Made by a program: the position numbers and the translations under genes. A stretch of DNA of 64,000 nucleotides from Chiloscyllium plagiosum (Eukaryota), in contig NC_057746.1 in the NCBI RefSeq assembly GCF_004010195.1, forward strand, positions 26,742,070 to 26,806,069, given 5' to 3'. How positions within the stretch are numbered: the first letter of the stretch is position 1; every line of letters begins with the position of its first letter. Positions 33,770-48,189 of this stretch are shown here, one piece after another. Under the pieces are notes generated by a model, which did no database searches, was not told the DNA's origin, and was given only the letters and a program-made list of their open reading frames with translations.

Positions 33770-36380
33770 GTCTGACTTATGGAACCATATAGTACAGCAG
33801 AGGCCCATCAGTGCACTGAATCTGCATCACCAAATATATACTATTATCTACAGTATACCCACTGTTCTGCCTCAAATCACCTCCCAGACAGTACATTCCA
33901 CACCCCCATCATGCTCTGGATGAAAAAGCTTTTGTTGAACTATCATTAAACTTCTTGTGTTTCACTTTAAAATTATGTCCTTTGTTATTGACATTTAGAC
34001 CAAGGCAAACTGCTGTATTATATTTACCCTGTTCATGCCCCTCATAATCTTACAGAGCTCAACTGTTACCCGAAAAATGACTTCATCCTTCACCCATGTG
34101 TTCTTCGTTTGTGTGACAGACTAATGCAAGGGAGTTGATTTGGAACTTAATTAAACAACCTCTTCTTTATTTAAATATTTGGGTATCAATATAAAACACA
34201 TATTCGTTGTAACATTTACTTCCTACTTCATCTAACTTAACGTCAACTTTAATTCAGTTCGTTTGACTTCAGTATACTTTACTTTAACTATATTCACATT
34301 TAACTGTAACACTAACTTTAACTCTATATGTTTGGCTTGAAACATGTACCACTCTGATTCGAGTGAAATTGCTAACTTTCCAGCTCAGTGCAGATCTTAA
34401 CTTCAGGGTCCATTCGTCGTGGATGTGAGTCTCGAGTGTTCTCCCCAGAAAAAACCTTTCTACTGTTAACTTTATCCCAGAAACCTCTTTGACACTCAGC
34501 CAATGAATTCACTCACACCTGACCACAATGTTCAATCACAGCCAATGGAGTTTACTAGTAAACAACTCCCAGCTGCTCATACCAAGACGTAAGCAGTTGC
34601 ATACCATGCTCCTTATAAGGTAAAAGTGGCGGCAGTATGTTTAGCAGACCATTATGACACATCCCTTATGTGGTGAGCACAGGAAACTGCAGATCACAGT
34701 TTACAGGATTGATCACAACATCAGGGCTTAAACTAGCTGGATCAAAGTTTCCGTCATGCTTAATTGTAGCTCGTAACCAGTCTCGTGGCCATTTATGCTG
34801 TTGGCCACCAGACCGCACAGGTTTCTCTGCTCCAAAGAAAATTATCTAAGCTTGTCCGGCCTCTCTTCATAGGTCTACTCCTCCCAGTTCATTACTTCCT
34901 TCCTGCAGCGTGGTGACCAGCGTGGCACACAAATACTCCAGCTTTGGTCTAACCAAAGTTCTGTAAATCTCCAACTTGACCTTCATGCTTTTCTAATATA
35001 TGACACAATTCATAAAGTTAAGTACTCCATATGTCTTTTTTATACCACTATTAACCAATCCGTCTATATTGGGGACTTGTGCACAAGCTTGGTAACTTTT
35101 TTTTTGCTTTGATTGCCATAGGGCATTCTCATGGTACTCTTCTGTGGGACACTGGAGTTCCGTGTACGTCCATTGCTGCTTCATCTTGTCTGGCGGCATT
35201 GGAACTCAAGCCAGGACCCATCAGTCAATATTCAGCACAGGAGGTGATGTGAGGTCCATACAGCGTGACCGTCCCTAGCTCGGAGACAGTTGAAAGGGTA
35301 GCAATGGCGCTCGTCTTGGCAGAAAATGAGCATATTGCCAAGACAATGGGGACAACATTAGATGTTGACAAATAAAGGAACAGAGAAGGTGGAAGTCTAC
35401 AGAGGGACAAATGATCTTTTGAAGCTGTTTCAGTTCTAGTAATTTCAATTTATTGAGTGCTGTACCATTATATAATTTATTCAGTAATTCATTCTATAAT
35501 CCAAGATGGTGCCAGAACGTGATGACATTATCAACTTCTCACTGTACCTAGATACAAGTGACAATATTAAATAAATCTACATCTTAATCAGTGTCTATCC
35601 ATTAATTGAATGCTCCCTTGTTAATTTCTTCTTCCACAGTGTATCACTTCACATTTATCAGGGCTAAATTCCATCCTCACTAGATTTTTCAGGTATGATC
35701 TCCCTCTGAGAAAACCATCTTGACTGTGCCTGATCAAACCTCACTTCTCCAAATAGAGATTATTTTTCTTATTCACTACTTTTTCCAATTTTTCTTCACC
35801 ACTGATTCTAGACTCACTGGGCTATCTTTGCTAGTTCTCTTGTAAAATAGAATCACATTAGTTTTCTTCATTCATCTGGCACTTTCTCTATTGCAAGAGA
35901 CTATTTGAAAATTTGAATAAATATTCTTGTAATTTCCTCCCTCTACTCCCACAGATGCCTAGGCTCCAATTCATCTGGACTTGGAAATTCGACCACCTTT
36001 TAATCTGCCAAAACCTCAAATTCCTCTTCAATTTTTATATCAATCTGCTCAAGAACGTTATAATCTATCTTTATTAATTCAGTACATGCATATTCCTTCT
36101 CCTGAGTGAACAGAAATGTAAAGTATTAATTTAGCACACGACCAAAGTACTGCAGTTTCACACACAGATTGCCCCTATGGTTCACAATAGTCCCCACTCT
36201 TACTCCAGTTATTCTCTTCCCCTTGATATACTTGTAGAATATCTTGGGTTTTTGCCTAAACTTGCCTGCCAGCCTTTTATCATAACCGTTTTGGACCTCT
36301 AGTTGCTTGCCTGAGTTACTTCTTGCATTTTCTACACTCCGCTAGAGTATCCATTGTTTTTCTCACTTGTGCTTTTTTAT
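33770..36380 (-). mobile_element. Decayed CR1 fragments with an unclassified ~750-bp insert (~34064-34819)
   Basis: CR1-type segments (catgcccctcataatc, tggtgaccag..tactccag..tggtctaacc) on either side of unrelated sequence. Confidence 0.55.
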
Positions 36381-37265
36381 GTCTTTATTTACCTGGGAGT
36401 TGAAACCCAAATCACTCATGTTGACACCACTCTCCCCAAATGAAGCTGAATCCTCCCCATCTACCAGCCCCATGACACCTCAACTGTTTACTCATTTCAG
36501 CTGGAAGCGACTACCCCCTGACTCCATGACTACCCCTTTAAACCTCAACTGTCTTCGGTCCAAGAATACTCATTCATTTCACGATAATCCCCTGTTGGAT
36601 TTTCCCTCTTTGACCAGACTAGACTCTCATAGAGTACCAAAAAATTCAAAATCACTGACATGCTCCCACATTATTGACTATTCCTGCTGAACCAATACAT
36701 AACCCTGACGTGCCTATATCCCGCATCCTATCATAATCCAATAACCTCTGACTCTCTGAACCATCAATGCTCGGCTATAAGCCTCAATCAGAACTGGCCA
36801 CTTCTCCAACCAGACATGCTTCCACCCTTACCACCTTACAGCTCATTCTGACATTAGTCCAAGATCAATTGCATTAACCCTCCTACTGACCCTTCCCAAC
36901 TTGCCCATGTCCTCACCTCACCCAACAATCAAATTCACCACATATTACTCTTACCTACCCATGATGAACTTTAATTCATCGATGCACCACGTATATCCTA
37001 CCCACTTACCAAATCCCTAATTTTCCACCCAGTCACCTTCCCTACCTGACCAATCACCTACTTACCAACCTACCCCACGTAGTCTAACCCAACCACAAAT
37101 TTCCTTCCATACACTAAAACGCTATCCATTTACCTACCTATATAATTTACCTATGTTGCAAGTTACCCACTTACTGAATCCATGTACTCAACATTTCCCT
37201 CTAATCGTCTCATGATCTACACATTTCTAAAAACTACCCACCTATCCCACACAATCATGTAATCT

Positions 37266-38100
37266 TAGCGGGTTTTGAGAAGGTTTGTAGCTCAGGTTGC
37301 GGTTTTGGATGTAGGTTTGCTCGCTGAGCAGAATGGTTCATTTCCAGACGTTTCATTATCCTGCTAGGTAACATCTTCAGTGGGCATCAGGCGAAGCAAT
37401 GCTGAAAATTCCTGCTTTCTATGTGTATGTTTGGGTTGCTTTGGGTTGGTGATGTCATTTCCTGTGGTAATGTTATTTCCTGTGGTGAAATCACTTCTTG
37501 CTCCTTTTCTCGGGGGTGGTAGATGGGTGTAACTCGATGTGTTTGTTGATAGAGTTCCAATTGGAATGCCATGCTTCTAGGAATTCTTGTGCGTGTGTTT
37601 GTTTGGCTTGTCCTAGGATGGATGTGTTGTCCCAGTCGAAGTGATGTCCTTCCTTATCTGTATGTAAGAATAGTAGCGTGAGAGGGTCATGTCTTTTTGT
37701 GGCTAGTTGGTGTTCATGTAACCTGATGGCTAGTTTTCTGCCTATTTGTCCAATGCAGTGTTTGTTACAGTTCTTGCACGGTATTTTGTAAATGGCATTA
37801 GTTTTGCTCGTTGTCTGTATAGGGTCTTTCAAGTTGATTAGCTGTTGTTTTAGTGTGTTGGTGGGTTTGTGGGCTACCATGATGCCAAGGAGTCTGAGTA
37901 GTCTGGCAGTCATTTACGAAATGTCTTTGATGTAAGGGAGAGTGACTTAGGTTTCTGGACGTGTTTTGTCTGCTTGTTTGTGTTTGTTGCTGAGAAATTG
38001 GCGGACTGTGTTCATTGGGTACCCATTCTTTTTGAATACACGGTATATGTGATTTCCCTCTGCTCTGCGTACTACCTCTGTGCTGCAGTGACCTCTGTGT
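37266..38100 (-). mobile_element. Poseidon-type PLE 3' fragment (GIY-YIG) plus hammerhead core
   Basis: FKKNGYP..; NAIYKIPCKNCNKHCIGQIGR..LEAWH; CTGAAGATGTTA..TAATGAAACGTC at ~37346-37380 (-). Confidence 0.88.
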
Positions 38101-41100
38101 TGACTCGTTGAAATCATGTTCTGATGCAGCTTCGTTGCAATCATACCAACACCCACAAACGAGAAAAACAAACAATATCTCTCTCTTTAACGGATAATTC
38201 CTTAGTTTAAACAGTTGTCCCTACTTCTAGATTCTCACAGATACATCCTTTCCGCATGCATCTTGACAAGATCCTTCAAGATGCTAAGTTTCAGGCAAGT
38301 CACCTCTTAATCTTCGAAACTCCACTATGTATAAAGCTTGACTTGTCCAAACTGTTTGCATAAGGAAATAAGTCTTTTTCCAGGTATTCCAGGTTTAAAG
38401 AAAACTTTAAACCACTTTGAATACATTTACATCAGATCACTGTGACGCAATGAGTTATTGTTGTCAATGTTACTATACCCGTAAGCTGTTGATTTCTTTT
38501 TCTATTGTAAACTTAGATGTCACGTAGGCTGTCAAATGGACTTCCTTGTAATTTACTTATCTGTCTATCATAGTCGTATAATTTAATTTTACTGATTTCA
38601 ACTTATTTTACCAGTTCATTTTATGTTGCTTTATGTTTAATTTACTGTGAAAATTTGTGCCATACCTTGTGAAGGGGGATGATTCTTTCACTTGTTAGGT
38701 CAGTTCCCAAGACCAGCCCCATGTTCTATTCCTGTGGAATTTTCACAGGCATTTGGATGGAAATTTGGCGAAATTTCCCTTGATACTTAATCATAATTTC
38801 CTAGCTGTCTGCTGTCAATTAGAGTATCAAATCTAAACACACCACTAAGAAATTAACGCTGAAATGTGAACAGTATGGTGGCACTTTTACTTTTTGAAAA
38901 TCTATTGTCATATTTTTTTCCAAGAACTGGTCGGTCTCACATAGAAAGCATTATATCTAATGGTGCAAAATAAGAGCAAGGCTTTATGTTGATATTCCAT
39001 ATCAAAGATATTTGCAAGGGTTATTAATTAGTAAGTGGGTAAGCCCACTTACTCTGTATCTAAACTGTACCAGTGCATCGAATCAATTGTGCATCCATCT
39101 GGCATAAAGAAAACAAGACAGAACCGTTTCTAACAGTTCAACAGAATATGCTAGTCAAATAGACGATCTGAGATAGAAAACATATATGACTCTGTTACCA
39201 TACTCCACACCAAACAGGTACGTTCAGGAAAATATTACTGCCAAATAGAGAGGTTTGTTATTGGAATGACAGCCGGGCCAGCTGCAATACCAACTGTGAA
39301 AGGTAGAGTTATCTAATGCTATTGCACCGACTCTTGGTTGCTTTACTTTAACTTAGAATGAAGCTGAGATAGTGCACTTTGTTCGAGAAGTGAAATATTA
39401 TCAGGTGCCTTTGGGCAAATGCTGTCATCGCATTTAATTCACTGCCAGTAAGATTTCGTTTAAAATCAAATATAGTTTATATCTAAATGGGTAATGATCT
39501 CACATTTACGTTTTTTTAAAATGCTTTCACAGGTGTGGCTGTCTTTGGCCGGACCAGCTTTTTTTTGCATATGTATAATTGGGTGAATGTGAGGAATTAT
39601 TTTCTTTCACAGCTACCGTGTATATGCTGCAGTTACACCACGGTGTTTCCAAGATTTTGGCACAACGATGGTGAAGGAACAACGATGTATTTCCAAATCA
39701 AGATTGTGTGTGACTTGGAGGGGAACCTGCAGGTGACAGGTTTCCCTTTTTCACACATCTGCCAGAGTTGTTAAGACTATTGGAAGCAATATATGATTCT
39801 CGTTTAGGATCAATGTATGATCGTTTGCTTCATCCTTACTGATTAATGTACAGGCTTACATTCCTATTGAAATGTAGAACAACGAACTAGAATACCAGTC
39901 CAATCAAAATTACAATTTCATATCGTTTTCCAAAAAGCTTCAGATCAAGGAGTTTCAAAATATTCGTGGAATGCCCAATTGAGATGGCTACTGGATCAGA
40001 AGTTTTCATTACAAAGGTTGCGATCAATCGTGTTTCTGTTGTAGTAACAGTTGCAATTGTTCATTAAAGCATAGAGAATCGGTAATTAGGTTCGGGGTGT
40101 TTTGCTTCTGCCCATGTAACATTACTGTGAAACCTGTGGAATGTCCAATCCCAACTCTATCGCTCCCAGGGCTCATGGCCCAAGAGCAGCCGAGCGCAAA
40201 ATTACATACAAAAGTTCTGAAAGTTCTTTTGTTCTGTCAGTTTTTGGTGGTACATGAACAGTCAAGAGAACACTCAGCAATGTTAGCGCACAGTTCTTAC
40301 AAACTGCGATGAGATTTGCAATGCAGCCACATGTGTAATATGGATAATTTCCATTACAAACACGTTTGCACAAAGTTGTTGCAAACACGTCTGGACATTT
40401 GTATTCAGCCTATTCTCTCTGCCTTACCCGGTCTTTCCTATTCGAAAGTAGAACACTAATAACTATGCTTTCCAGTCCAATAGAGTCCTTGTAAATAAAG
40501 TCACTGCAATGCTAAAGTCACTGTTTTGTACAGTATATATTTACAGAGCAAGCTGCAGACTTGGAGCTGTGGAAGTTCTAATCTGAATCATTTTCTTTAA
40601 ACTTAGCTTATGTATCATGCATGATTCTGTACAAATGTGGCAAGTGGAGATTTGTCTGGAAAGTAGGAAGGCATCAACGTCAGAAAGGAGTTTGCCATTG
40701 TCAATTTATGACATCATATTTGTAAACGAAGATATCAAACTTTCACACAACTAGCCTTTTTACTGGTCTGCTACTGCGAAGATTTGCAGAGAGAGGGAAG
40801 AGAGAATGTCTTACCTCACAGCCATAATACCAAGTGACATCGTTGCCTTTCCTTTGCTTGTTCTAAATAAAGTCTTGACCTGTGCAAAGGTGTTTTAAAC
40901 TCCTTTGTTACTGTGATGCTGCTGCACCTTTAACAAAGTTATGCTGTCCTTGGTCATTTTCAAAAGTGCCAGATTTACCGAGTGGTCTGGTTTGGATGGT
41001 TTTTGGAGCCAGTTTGACTATAGCTAACAGAAACTGCCTGTGGAAAAGGCTTTCAAGTTTAAAATAAAACTCATACAATGAAAAGGGAGTGGCCAGTTCC

Positions 41101-42218
41101 CTCAGCTCAGCTTTTCTCTGGTTTGTTTTGGTTTTAGCAAGCAGTCAGTTGTGAAGCTGCTGGACCCAAAGAAGCAGGTTTTGCTGATCCTCCCTTTCTC
41201 TGATATCTTTCCTTTAAGAGCCTGTTTTTCCTTTCTTGGTAAAGGGGTTTGTGGGGATTGTGGCAAGTATTTGCAACAGAATCATTAAGTTTGGATAATC
41301 TGTTGGGTTTTCAGATAGGTTGTTATTCTATATTCTGCCCTCTTTTGTTTGCATTTCATTCGGTATTCTTGCAAATAAATTCTGTTTTTTTAAGACTAAG
41401 TGATTAGGCCAGTTTCATCACTCCTGGAATATGCACTCTACACCAGTTTAAAACAACTGGCAATGTTAGGGTCTGGGCTACTTTCTTCAAATGTTTTGAG
41501 GGGACTGGCCCGGTCCATAACAGATCGGGGGCTCTTTGTGGGATTTGTTCTATAGTTCCAAATTGGGATTGCAGTTGTTCGACTCGAAGGTACCGAGTAG
41601 TAGATGTTAGTATTTTTTCCTCGGAGTGTTGAATTCTGTTGGTTTAAAGAGTGCTTGGGATAGCAATGGCTCTTTCAAATACCAAGAGTTTTCTTGGGGT
41701 GGAAGAAGTGACTTTGGGGATCTTGGAAAAAGTTAATAAAGCCAAGGTGCTTGAATTAGCAGACAATTTTTATTTGGAGCTGCCTCCGTGAGTAAAGGAG
41801 ATATATTACAGCAATAGCTGCACATTTAAATTTGCTGAAAATAATTTTTAAAGATGGCTGAACCTAATTGAAATTGAGGCAACTTGATTTAGAGGCAAAA
41901 GACAGGTAAAGGGCAACAGAAATACAAAAGTTTGAATTACGATTAAAAGCAGAGGAAAGAGAGAGAGAGAGAAGAGAGAGAAAGAAACAGAGGAGAGAGA
42001 AAAGGAGAGCGAAGAAAGGAAGAAAGAGAGGGAGATTGAATTTCACAACTTGACACTTCGACAGGAAAGTCAGTTTAATTGGCGCTTAGTCAGGAAACTT
42101 AGCTTAAAAGGATGGAGATGAAGGCTGAAGGTAAGCTTAGTGAGGGCGAAAGTGAGGATGAGCAAACCCATGATAAACAAAATTCTGGTGAGAATCTGTT
42201 TCACTATATTCAAATATT

Positions 42219-42440
42219 AGGAGAAAGTGAGGACTGCAGATGCTGGAGATCAGAGCTGAAAAATGTATTGCTGGAAAAGCTCAGCAGGTCAGGCAGCATC
42301 CAAGGAGCAGGAGAATCGACGTTTCGGGCATAAGCCCTTCTTCAGGATTCCTGAAGAATGGCTTATGCCCGAAACGTCGATTCTCCTGCTCCTTGGAGAC
42401 TGCCTGACCTGCTGCGCTTTTCCAGCAACACATTTTTCAG
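42219..42440. mobile_element. Palindromic PLE-terminus element nested in Gypsy gag
   Basis: 15-bp TSD ctatattcaaatatt (42204-42218, 42441-42455), ~95-bp inverted arms with hammerhead cores. Confidence 0.88.
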
Positions 42441-43465
42441 CTATATTCAAATATTGCTTACATTTGATGAGAAGGATGTGGAAACATTTTTTGTTGAAAA
42501 GGTGCAAAGCAAATGCAGTGGCCAGTGACCAAATAAACCTGCAGGTAGAGCGAGTGAGGTATCCACATCACTATTAGAGGACCTATCTGGGCATATGAGG
42601 AGGTGTAGAAAACCATCTTAAGTGCATATGAGCTTGTCCCAGAAGTCTACAGATAACGCTTCAGGAATCTAAGGAGAGACCCTGATCAAGCATACATTGA
42701 GTTTGAAAGGATCAAACAAAGTAATTTTGATAGGTGGATAAGAGTATTAAAAATAGAGCAAAACTATGATGCTCTTAAAGCGACGATTATTCTGGAGGAG
42801 TTCAAAACTTCACTTCCTGAAGTGGTGAGATTTCATGTGGAAAAGCAGAGAGGTAAAAAGGCAAGATTAGCAGCTGAAATGGCTGATGATTATAAATTGG
42901 TGCACCAAGCCAAGTTTGGCTTCCAAAGTTAACTTCAATCCGTGAAGGATAGAAATTGGGAAAAGAGGAAAAAAGGAAAAGATAGATCGTGGTGAAGAAC
43001 TTAATGAGTAAAAAGGAAACACTTGAAGGGGAAAAGAAGTTGAAAAGCTAGGGTGTTTTCACTGAAATAAAGCAGGCCACATGAAATCACTATGTTGGTG
43101 GGTTAGGAAAAGCACTGGGAAGCTGGATGCAGAAAAGTAGGGTAAGCCAGTGAATTTTGTTGGAGTGAGAGCAGAAAGCATAACAGAGGCTAGAAAGCTG
43201 CACCAGAATGTACAGTCTGGTTGGAAATTGGTTAAGGAGACAGTGCTAGATATTTTTAAACTATATACCTGCGAATGTAAACTTTACTTACATAAGCCAG
43301 GACCAGCAGGTAAAGAGATTCTAATATTAAGAGATGCTCTCATACTTTGATGTTGAAAGCTGTGAAGATATGAATCTCTGAAGGACTATTGCCAGAAAAG
43401 GTGCTAGTAACGAGAATTCATGGTAAGACAAGAAGTGCTCAGTTATGCAGAGTGAGGTTAGTGAG

Positions 43466-43945
43466 GTCAGTTCCTGGAATGGCGGGACTACCTTACGCTG
43501 AAAGACTGGAGCGACTGGGCTTGTATACCCTTGAGTTTAGAAGACTGAGAGGGGATCTGATTGAGACGTATAAGATTATTAAAGGATTGGACACTCTGGA
43601 GGCAGGAAACATGTTTCCGCTGATGGGTGAGTGCCAAACCAGAGGACACAGCTTAAAAATACATGGTAAACCATTTAGGACAGAGATGAGGAGAAACTTC
43701 TTCACCCAGAGAGTGGTGGCTGTGTGGAATGCTCTTCCCAAAAGGGCAGTGGAGGCCCAGTCTCTGGATTCATTTAAGAAAGAGTTGGATAGAGCTCTCA
43801 AGGATAATGGAATCAAGGGTTATGGAGATAAGGCAGGAACAGGATACTGATTAAGGATGATCAGCCATGATCATATTGAATGGTGGTGCAGGCTCGAAGG
43901 GCAGAATGGCCTACTCCTGCACCTATTGTCTATTGTCTATTGTCC
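43466..43945 (+). mobile_element. Young CR1 3' end nested in Gypsy pol
   Basis: RLGLYTLEFRRLRGDLIETYKI..FFTQRVVAVWNALP; (CTATTGT)n tail. Confidence 0.92.
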
Positions 43946-46900
43946 CTGAAGAATGGAAAAGTCTGGTAGGAGTACTGGACAAACCCTCAGCTCGAGGAGC
44001 ACAATTTGTCCTTACTAATGATATAGCTGATTCACAGATAGGAGTGGTGCCTGCATTAATTGAAAAGTTGATGTGGAATTAGCAGAGACCCTGTTTGATC
44101 AAATGGTTGACACAAACGAGGAGTGGATAGATGACAAAATAGACATCTTTAATTCGGATAAATTAAGTGAGTTACAGCAGAAAGATGAAATTTTAAAGTG
44201 ATTGTATCAAAAGCATACATAGAAAAAATAATCCAAATGTATACCTGAATTCTACTGTCTTTAAAACGATGTCTTAATGAGGCAATGGAGACAATCACAT
44301 GTTCAGGCCGATGACAAATGAGTAGAAGTTCATCAAGTCGTATTAACAGTGAGTTATAGAAAGGAAGTGTTGGAGTAGCACATGAACTAACAGTAGGGGG
44401 TCATTTAGGGTTTCGGAAAACCTAAGCTAAAATATAAAATCTCTTTCACTGGTCTAATTGCACAAGGATGTAATTAATTTTGCCAGACATGTCATACATA
44501 GCATAAATATAGGAGATGTTGTTCCAATTAAGCAACATCCTTATAGGCATAACCCTGTAAAGTTGGCACAGGTTCAAAAGAATATTGAATGCTTCAAGAC
44601 AACATAAACGAAGTGAATTACAGTGTCTGGACCTCACCCGTGCTAATGGTGCCAAAACTAGATGGTATCCAACGGTTATGTGTAGACTATCACAAAGTCA
44701 ATTTTGTTACAAAGACTGATGTATATCCAATTTTGCCTTTGGAAGACTGTGTTGAAAAGATGGAACAAGCAAGTGATATTTTTAAGGTGGACTTGCTCAG
44801 AGGATACTGGCAGGTATTCTTGTCAGAAAGAGTGAAGACAATTTCAGAATCCATAACGCTGAATGGAATGTATCAGTTTAAAGTCATGTCACTTGGTATG
44901 AAAAATGCACCACCCACATTTCGTAGATTAACCACTATAGTCCGGATTACCTAGTTGGGTAGTTTATATTGATGACCTGGTGATTTTTAGTTGCATGTGG
45001 AAGGAACATTTGCAACGGTTATCAGAATTGTTCAATTGACTTCTGGCGGCAGGTTTTCTGATAAACCTGGCTAAAAGTGAATTTGCCAAAACCAAAGTCA
45101 CCTCCCTGGGCCATGTTATTGGACATGGACGAATGGCCCCACAAAATACAAAAACAAAGGTAACTGGGGAGTTTCCCATACCATTGATGAAAAGAGCAGT
45201 GCTACAATTCCTGGGAATGAGTGAATTTTATCGAAAATTCATACCGAGATTCAGCAGTGTGGCTGTTCCATTCACTAAATTGCTGAAGAAAGGCAAGAAG
45301 TTTCAGTGGACACTGAACTTTCATAAGGCATTTGACAGCCTGAAAGGTGTGTTAGCCACACCTAGTTATCCCAAGCCATTCAAGGTGGTTATCGATGATG
45401 TGGGTCAATGCTGTGCTCTTAAAGGAGGGCGACGAGAGGATGAAAAGACCTATCAGGTACTTCTCCAGGAAATTGAACATTCATCAGCAGAAATATTCGA
45501 TAAGGAAGCTTTGAGCTTTGTGTTGGCGTTACAATGTTTCAATGTTTGTGTTACCAATAATGTCTCCGAGATAATCATTTACACTGATCATAATCCATTT
45601 GATGTTTGTGGAGAAACTTAAGAACAAAACTTCCAGACTGTTTATTGTTACAGCCATTCATTTTGAAAATTGTACATGTGGCCAGATGAAAAAACATGAT
45701 TGCCGATGTATTGTCAAGAATTGAATGGGAAAAGGAGGTGTTCAGTGGCAGGAGTAAAACAGATAGAAACAGAATGTAGTAGTGCATGTTTGCATGATTA
45801 TTGCCAATATAGTGTAAATGGGTTTTGTCGTGTACTAACAATTTCAGACTAAGGGATTTTAAAATGAAGCCATCTTTTAATATTGATGGTTCTTTTTTTT
45901 CAGGGGAATGTTATGTTGTCCTTATCTTATTTTTTCAAAAGTGTTGTATGATGCAAAGTTGCCGAGAGGTTTGATTTGGATAGGTTTTATGGCCAAATTG
46001 ATTATAGCTAACAGATACTGCAACAGGCAAAAAGCTTTCAAAATTAAAAAAAAACACTCGTACAATGAAAGGGGAGTGGCCAATTCTCACAGATGAGCAT
46101 TATTGTGGTTTGGGTTTGGTTTGGTTTTCACAAGGAGTCAGTTATGAAGCTGCTGGGCCCAAAGAAGCAAGTCCACGTTAATCATCCTTCTCTCCTTTGA
46201 AAGCCTGTGTTGGACTTTTCCTTTTTTTTACAAAGGAGATGCTATGGGGATTGTTGCAAATATTTGGATCAGCATCACTAAGTTGGGATCATCTGCTGGG
46301 TTTTCAGGTAGGTTAGGTTATGCTATAATCTGCTCTCTCTTACGTTTCATTTGGTAATCTTGCAAATAAATTCCTTTTGTTGAATACTAAGTGGTTGGGT
46401 CAGCTGCATCACTCCACTGTACACCTACTGAAAACAACGAGCTAAGTTAGGGTCTAGGCTACATTCTTAAAATGTATAGAGGTGACCTGGACGGTCCATA
46501 AAAGTTACCCCTGCTGAAATTTCTAATGTCGAGATAAACATTAAGAGAAAACAAATAAAGTCGCAATGTTTACACATTCTCTCTATTATTCAATTATCCA
46601 AGGCCCTTTGAGCCATTTTCACTGAAGCTGAAAATTGGGCAAATCTCTTTTCACTTTGTCACACGCTTGTCAAACTCAAAAAATAAAATGATGAGGGTGA
46701 GGGGAGACATCACCATGGTAATGCCTCATCCAATCATAGTCGTTTCTTTTCAAATCATAAAAAGCATTTTGGGATTAATTGGATTATATTTTTGCTGCAT
46801 GTCTTAAGATCTTTGAATTTTATTATAAGTAACTGCAAGATTCTTACTTTTTGTTCACTTATTTTGCTAATAAACTCAACAACATTGACGCCTTATATTT

Positions 46901-48189
46901 CATACGTAACCTGTTCAGTAACAACTTTGGATGGGATCATAACAAGAAACTCATAAATCGTTGTCATTCAGTCACTTTATAATATGGTTACGGTAATTTC
47001 AAATGACAGTGTATATTGTAAATAATTTGTCGAAGTTTGTGTCATGTACCATGTCTTTTACACCAGGAACAGACCATTTGGCTGAACGGCTCCATGTTGG
47101 TAGATTTCTTCCAGTTCCAAAGTCTTTGATTTTAAAAGTTTAATTCTGCTTTTTACTCTTCACAAATGCTACAATACCTGCTGGGCTTCTCTAGCATTTT
47201 CGGTTTTCATTTGAGATGACCAGACTTAACAGTATTTTGCTTTTGTGTAACCATATCAGTTGTGTATCCTCCACAGCAGCTTCCTCCCTATCAGCGTTTT
47301 TGTGTGCTATCCAGCTTCCTCTTGAATGCACTTATGCTATTTCACAACTTCTTCATGCGTTCACAGGTTCATTTGTGAATAGTAGATCTGCATAAAACAT
47401 TTCTTATTATTATTGATTGAACTCATCAGTGACTATTATATGTGTCCTCTATCCAGCTAAGAGTGACTAAAAGTAGAAAACATGTTTAATATCTAACTTT
47501 TACTTCTTTACTATTCTCAACCAGGTAATGTTTTCAACCCAGCCTTATCAGGTAGCACTTCTTCAGACGTTTTGTGGAAATGTTGAATGCTCTCCCCTTG
47601 CATTTGTTACCCACCTGAATGTTTCAAATTGCATATAATTGTGCTTGTTTTTGAAAAAAGAAATACATTATTACAGTACCACAATAACAAATAAATTCAG
47701 ACTGGTAACAAGGAAAATAAACTCATAATTTGCTATATTTTATCCACTTACCCATATGTCTCAGAAAACTTTACAATGTGTAAAGATCTATGAAAGAAAG
47801 TGGGCACCCTGAAACATGGATGTCTCAGACATCTGATAACAATTCCATATATAAGTCATAAAACAAATTAAAACGTAGAAAACAATAATGTAAAGAAAGT
47901 TGCCTAGAAAGAAAACATCATCTGTGCCATTTGGCAATGCCATTTGCCATTTAAAAGTGACAGGGATCTCCAGAGATCAAGGTAGAACAGTAGTAGAAGG
48001 AGGGGTCAATCAAAATGCAGCTGAATGATGGATGGCACAGAGCCATTGCTGAGGAGCTACAGAAATGTGTGAGAATAGATTAAGGAAGACAAGTATGACA
48101 AACAACGGCAGCCGATCTTCTGGAGCTGGTAGAATACTGGCAATGTCCCTGGATCAGCCATCAAGAATCTCCTGGCTAAAGTTTTTTGG

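Larger units (their letters stand above)
40912..46503 (+). mobile_element. Gmr1-like Gypsy LTR retrotransposon, decayed, with both LTRs
   Basis: LTRs 40912-41522 and 45909-46503; TSD gttac (40907-40911, 46504-46508); degenerate tRNA-Pro-like PBS ~41525-41544; purine tract before 45909; gag remnant (AYELVPE.YR, IILEEFK); IN HHCC at ~44378-44503; RT (LCVDY.KVN, GMKNAPPTF, VYIDD); RNase H (YTDHNP, ADVLSR). Confidence 0.9.

Noticed and set aside
39890-40020. Plus-strand VQS..QGVSKYSW echoing gene A QGLGTYSW
   Set aside because: No B-strand Cys or consistent frame; likely chance.
40740-40850. Minus-strand GNDVTWYYGCEV..RLVV resembling an IgV F/G strand
   Set aside because: Spacing does not fit DxGxYxC, there is no GxG, and stops flank it.
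46509-46577. Signal-peptide-like ORF on the minus strand (MCKHCDFICFLLMFISTLEISAG) ending at the Gypsy TSD, as a possible leader for the 28.8-kb pseudo-exon
   Set aside because: The donor would be phase 0 rather than phase 1, and hydrophobic frames arise easily in T-rich DNA.
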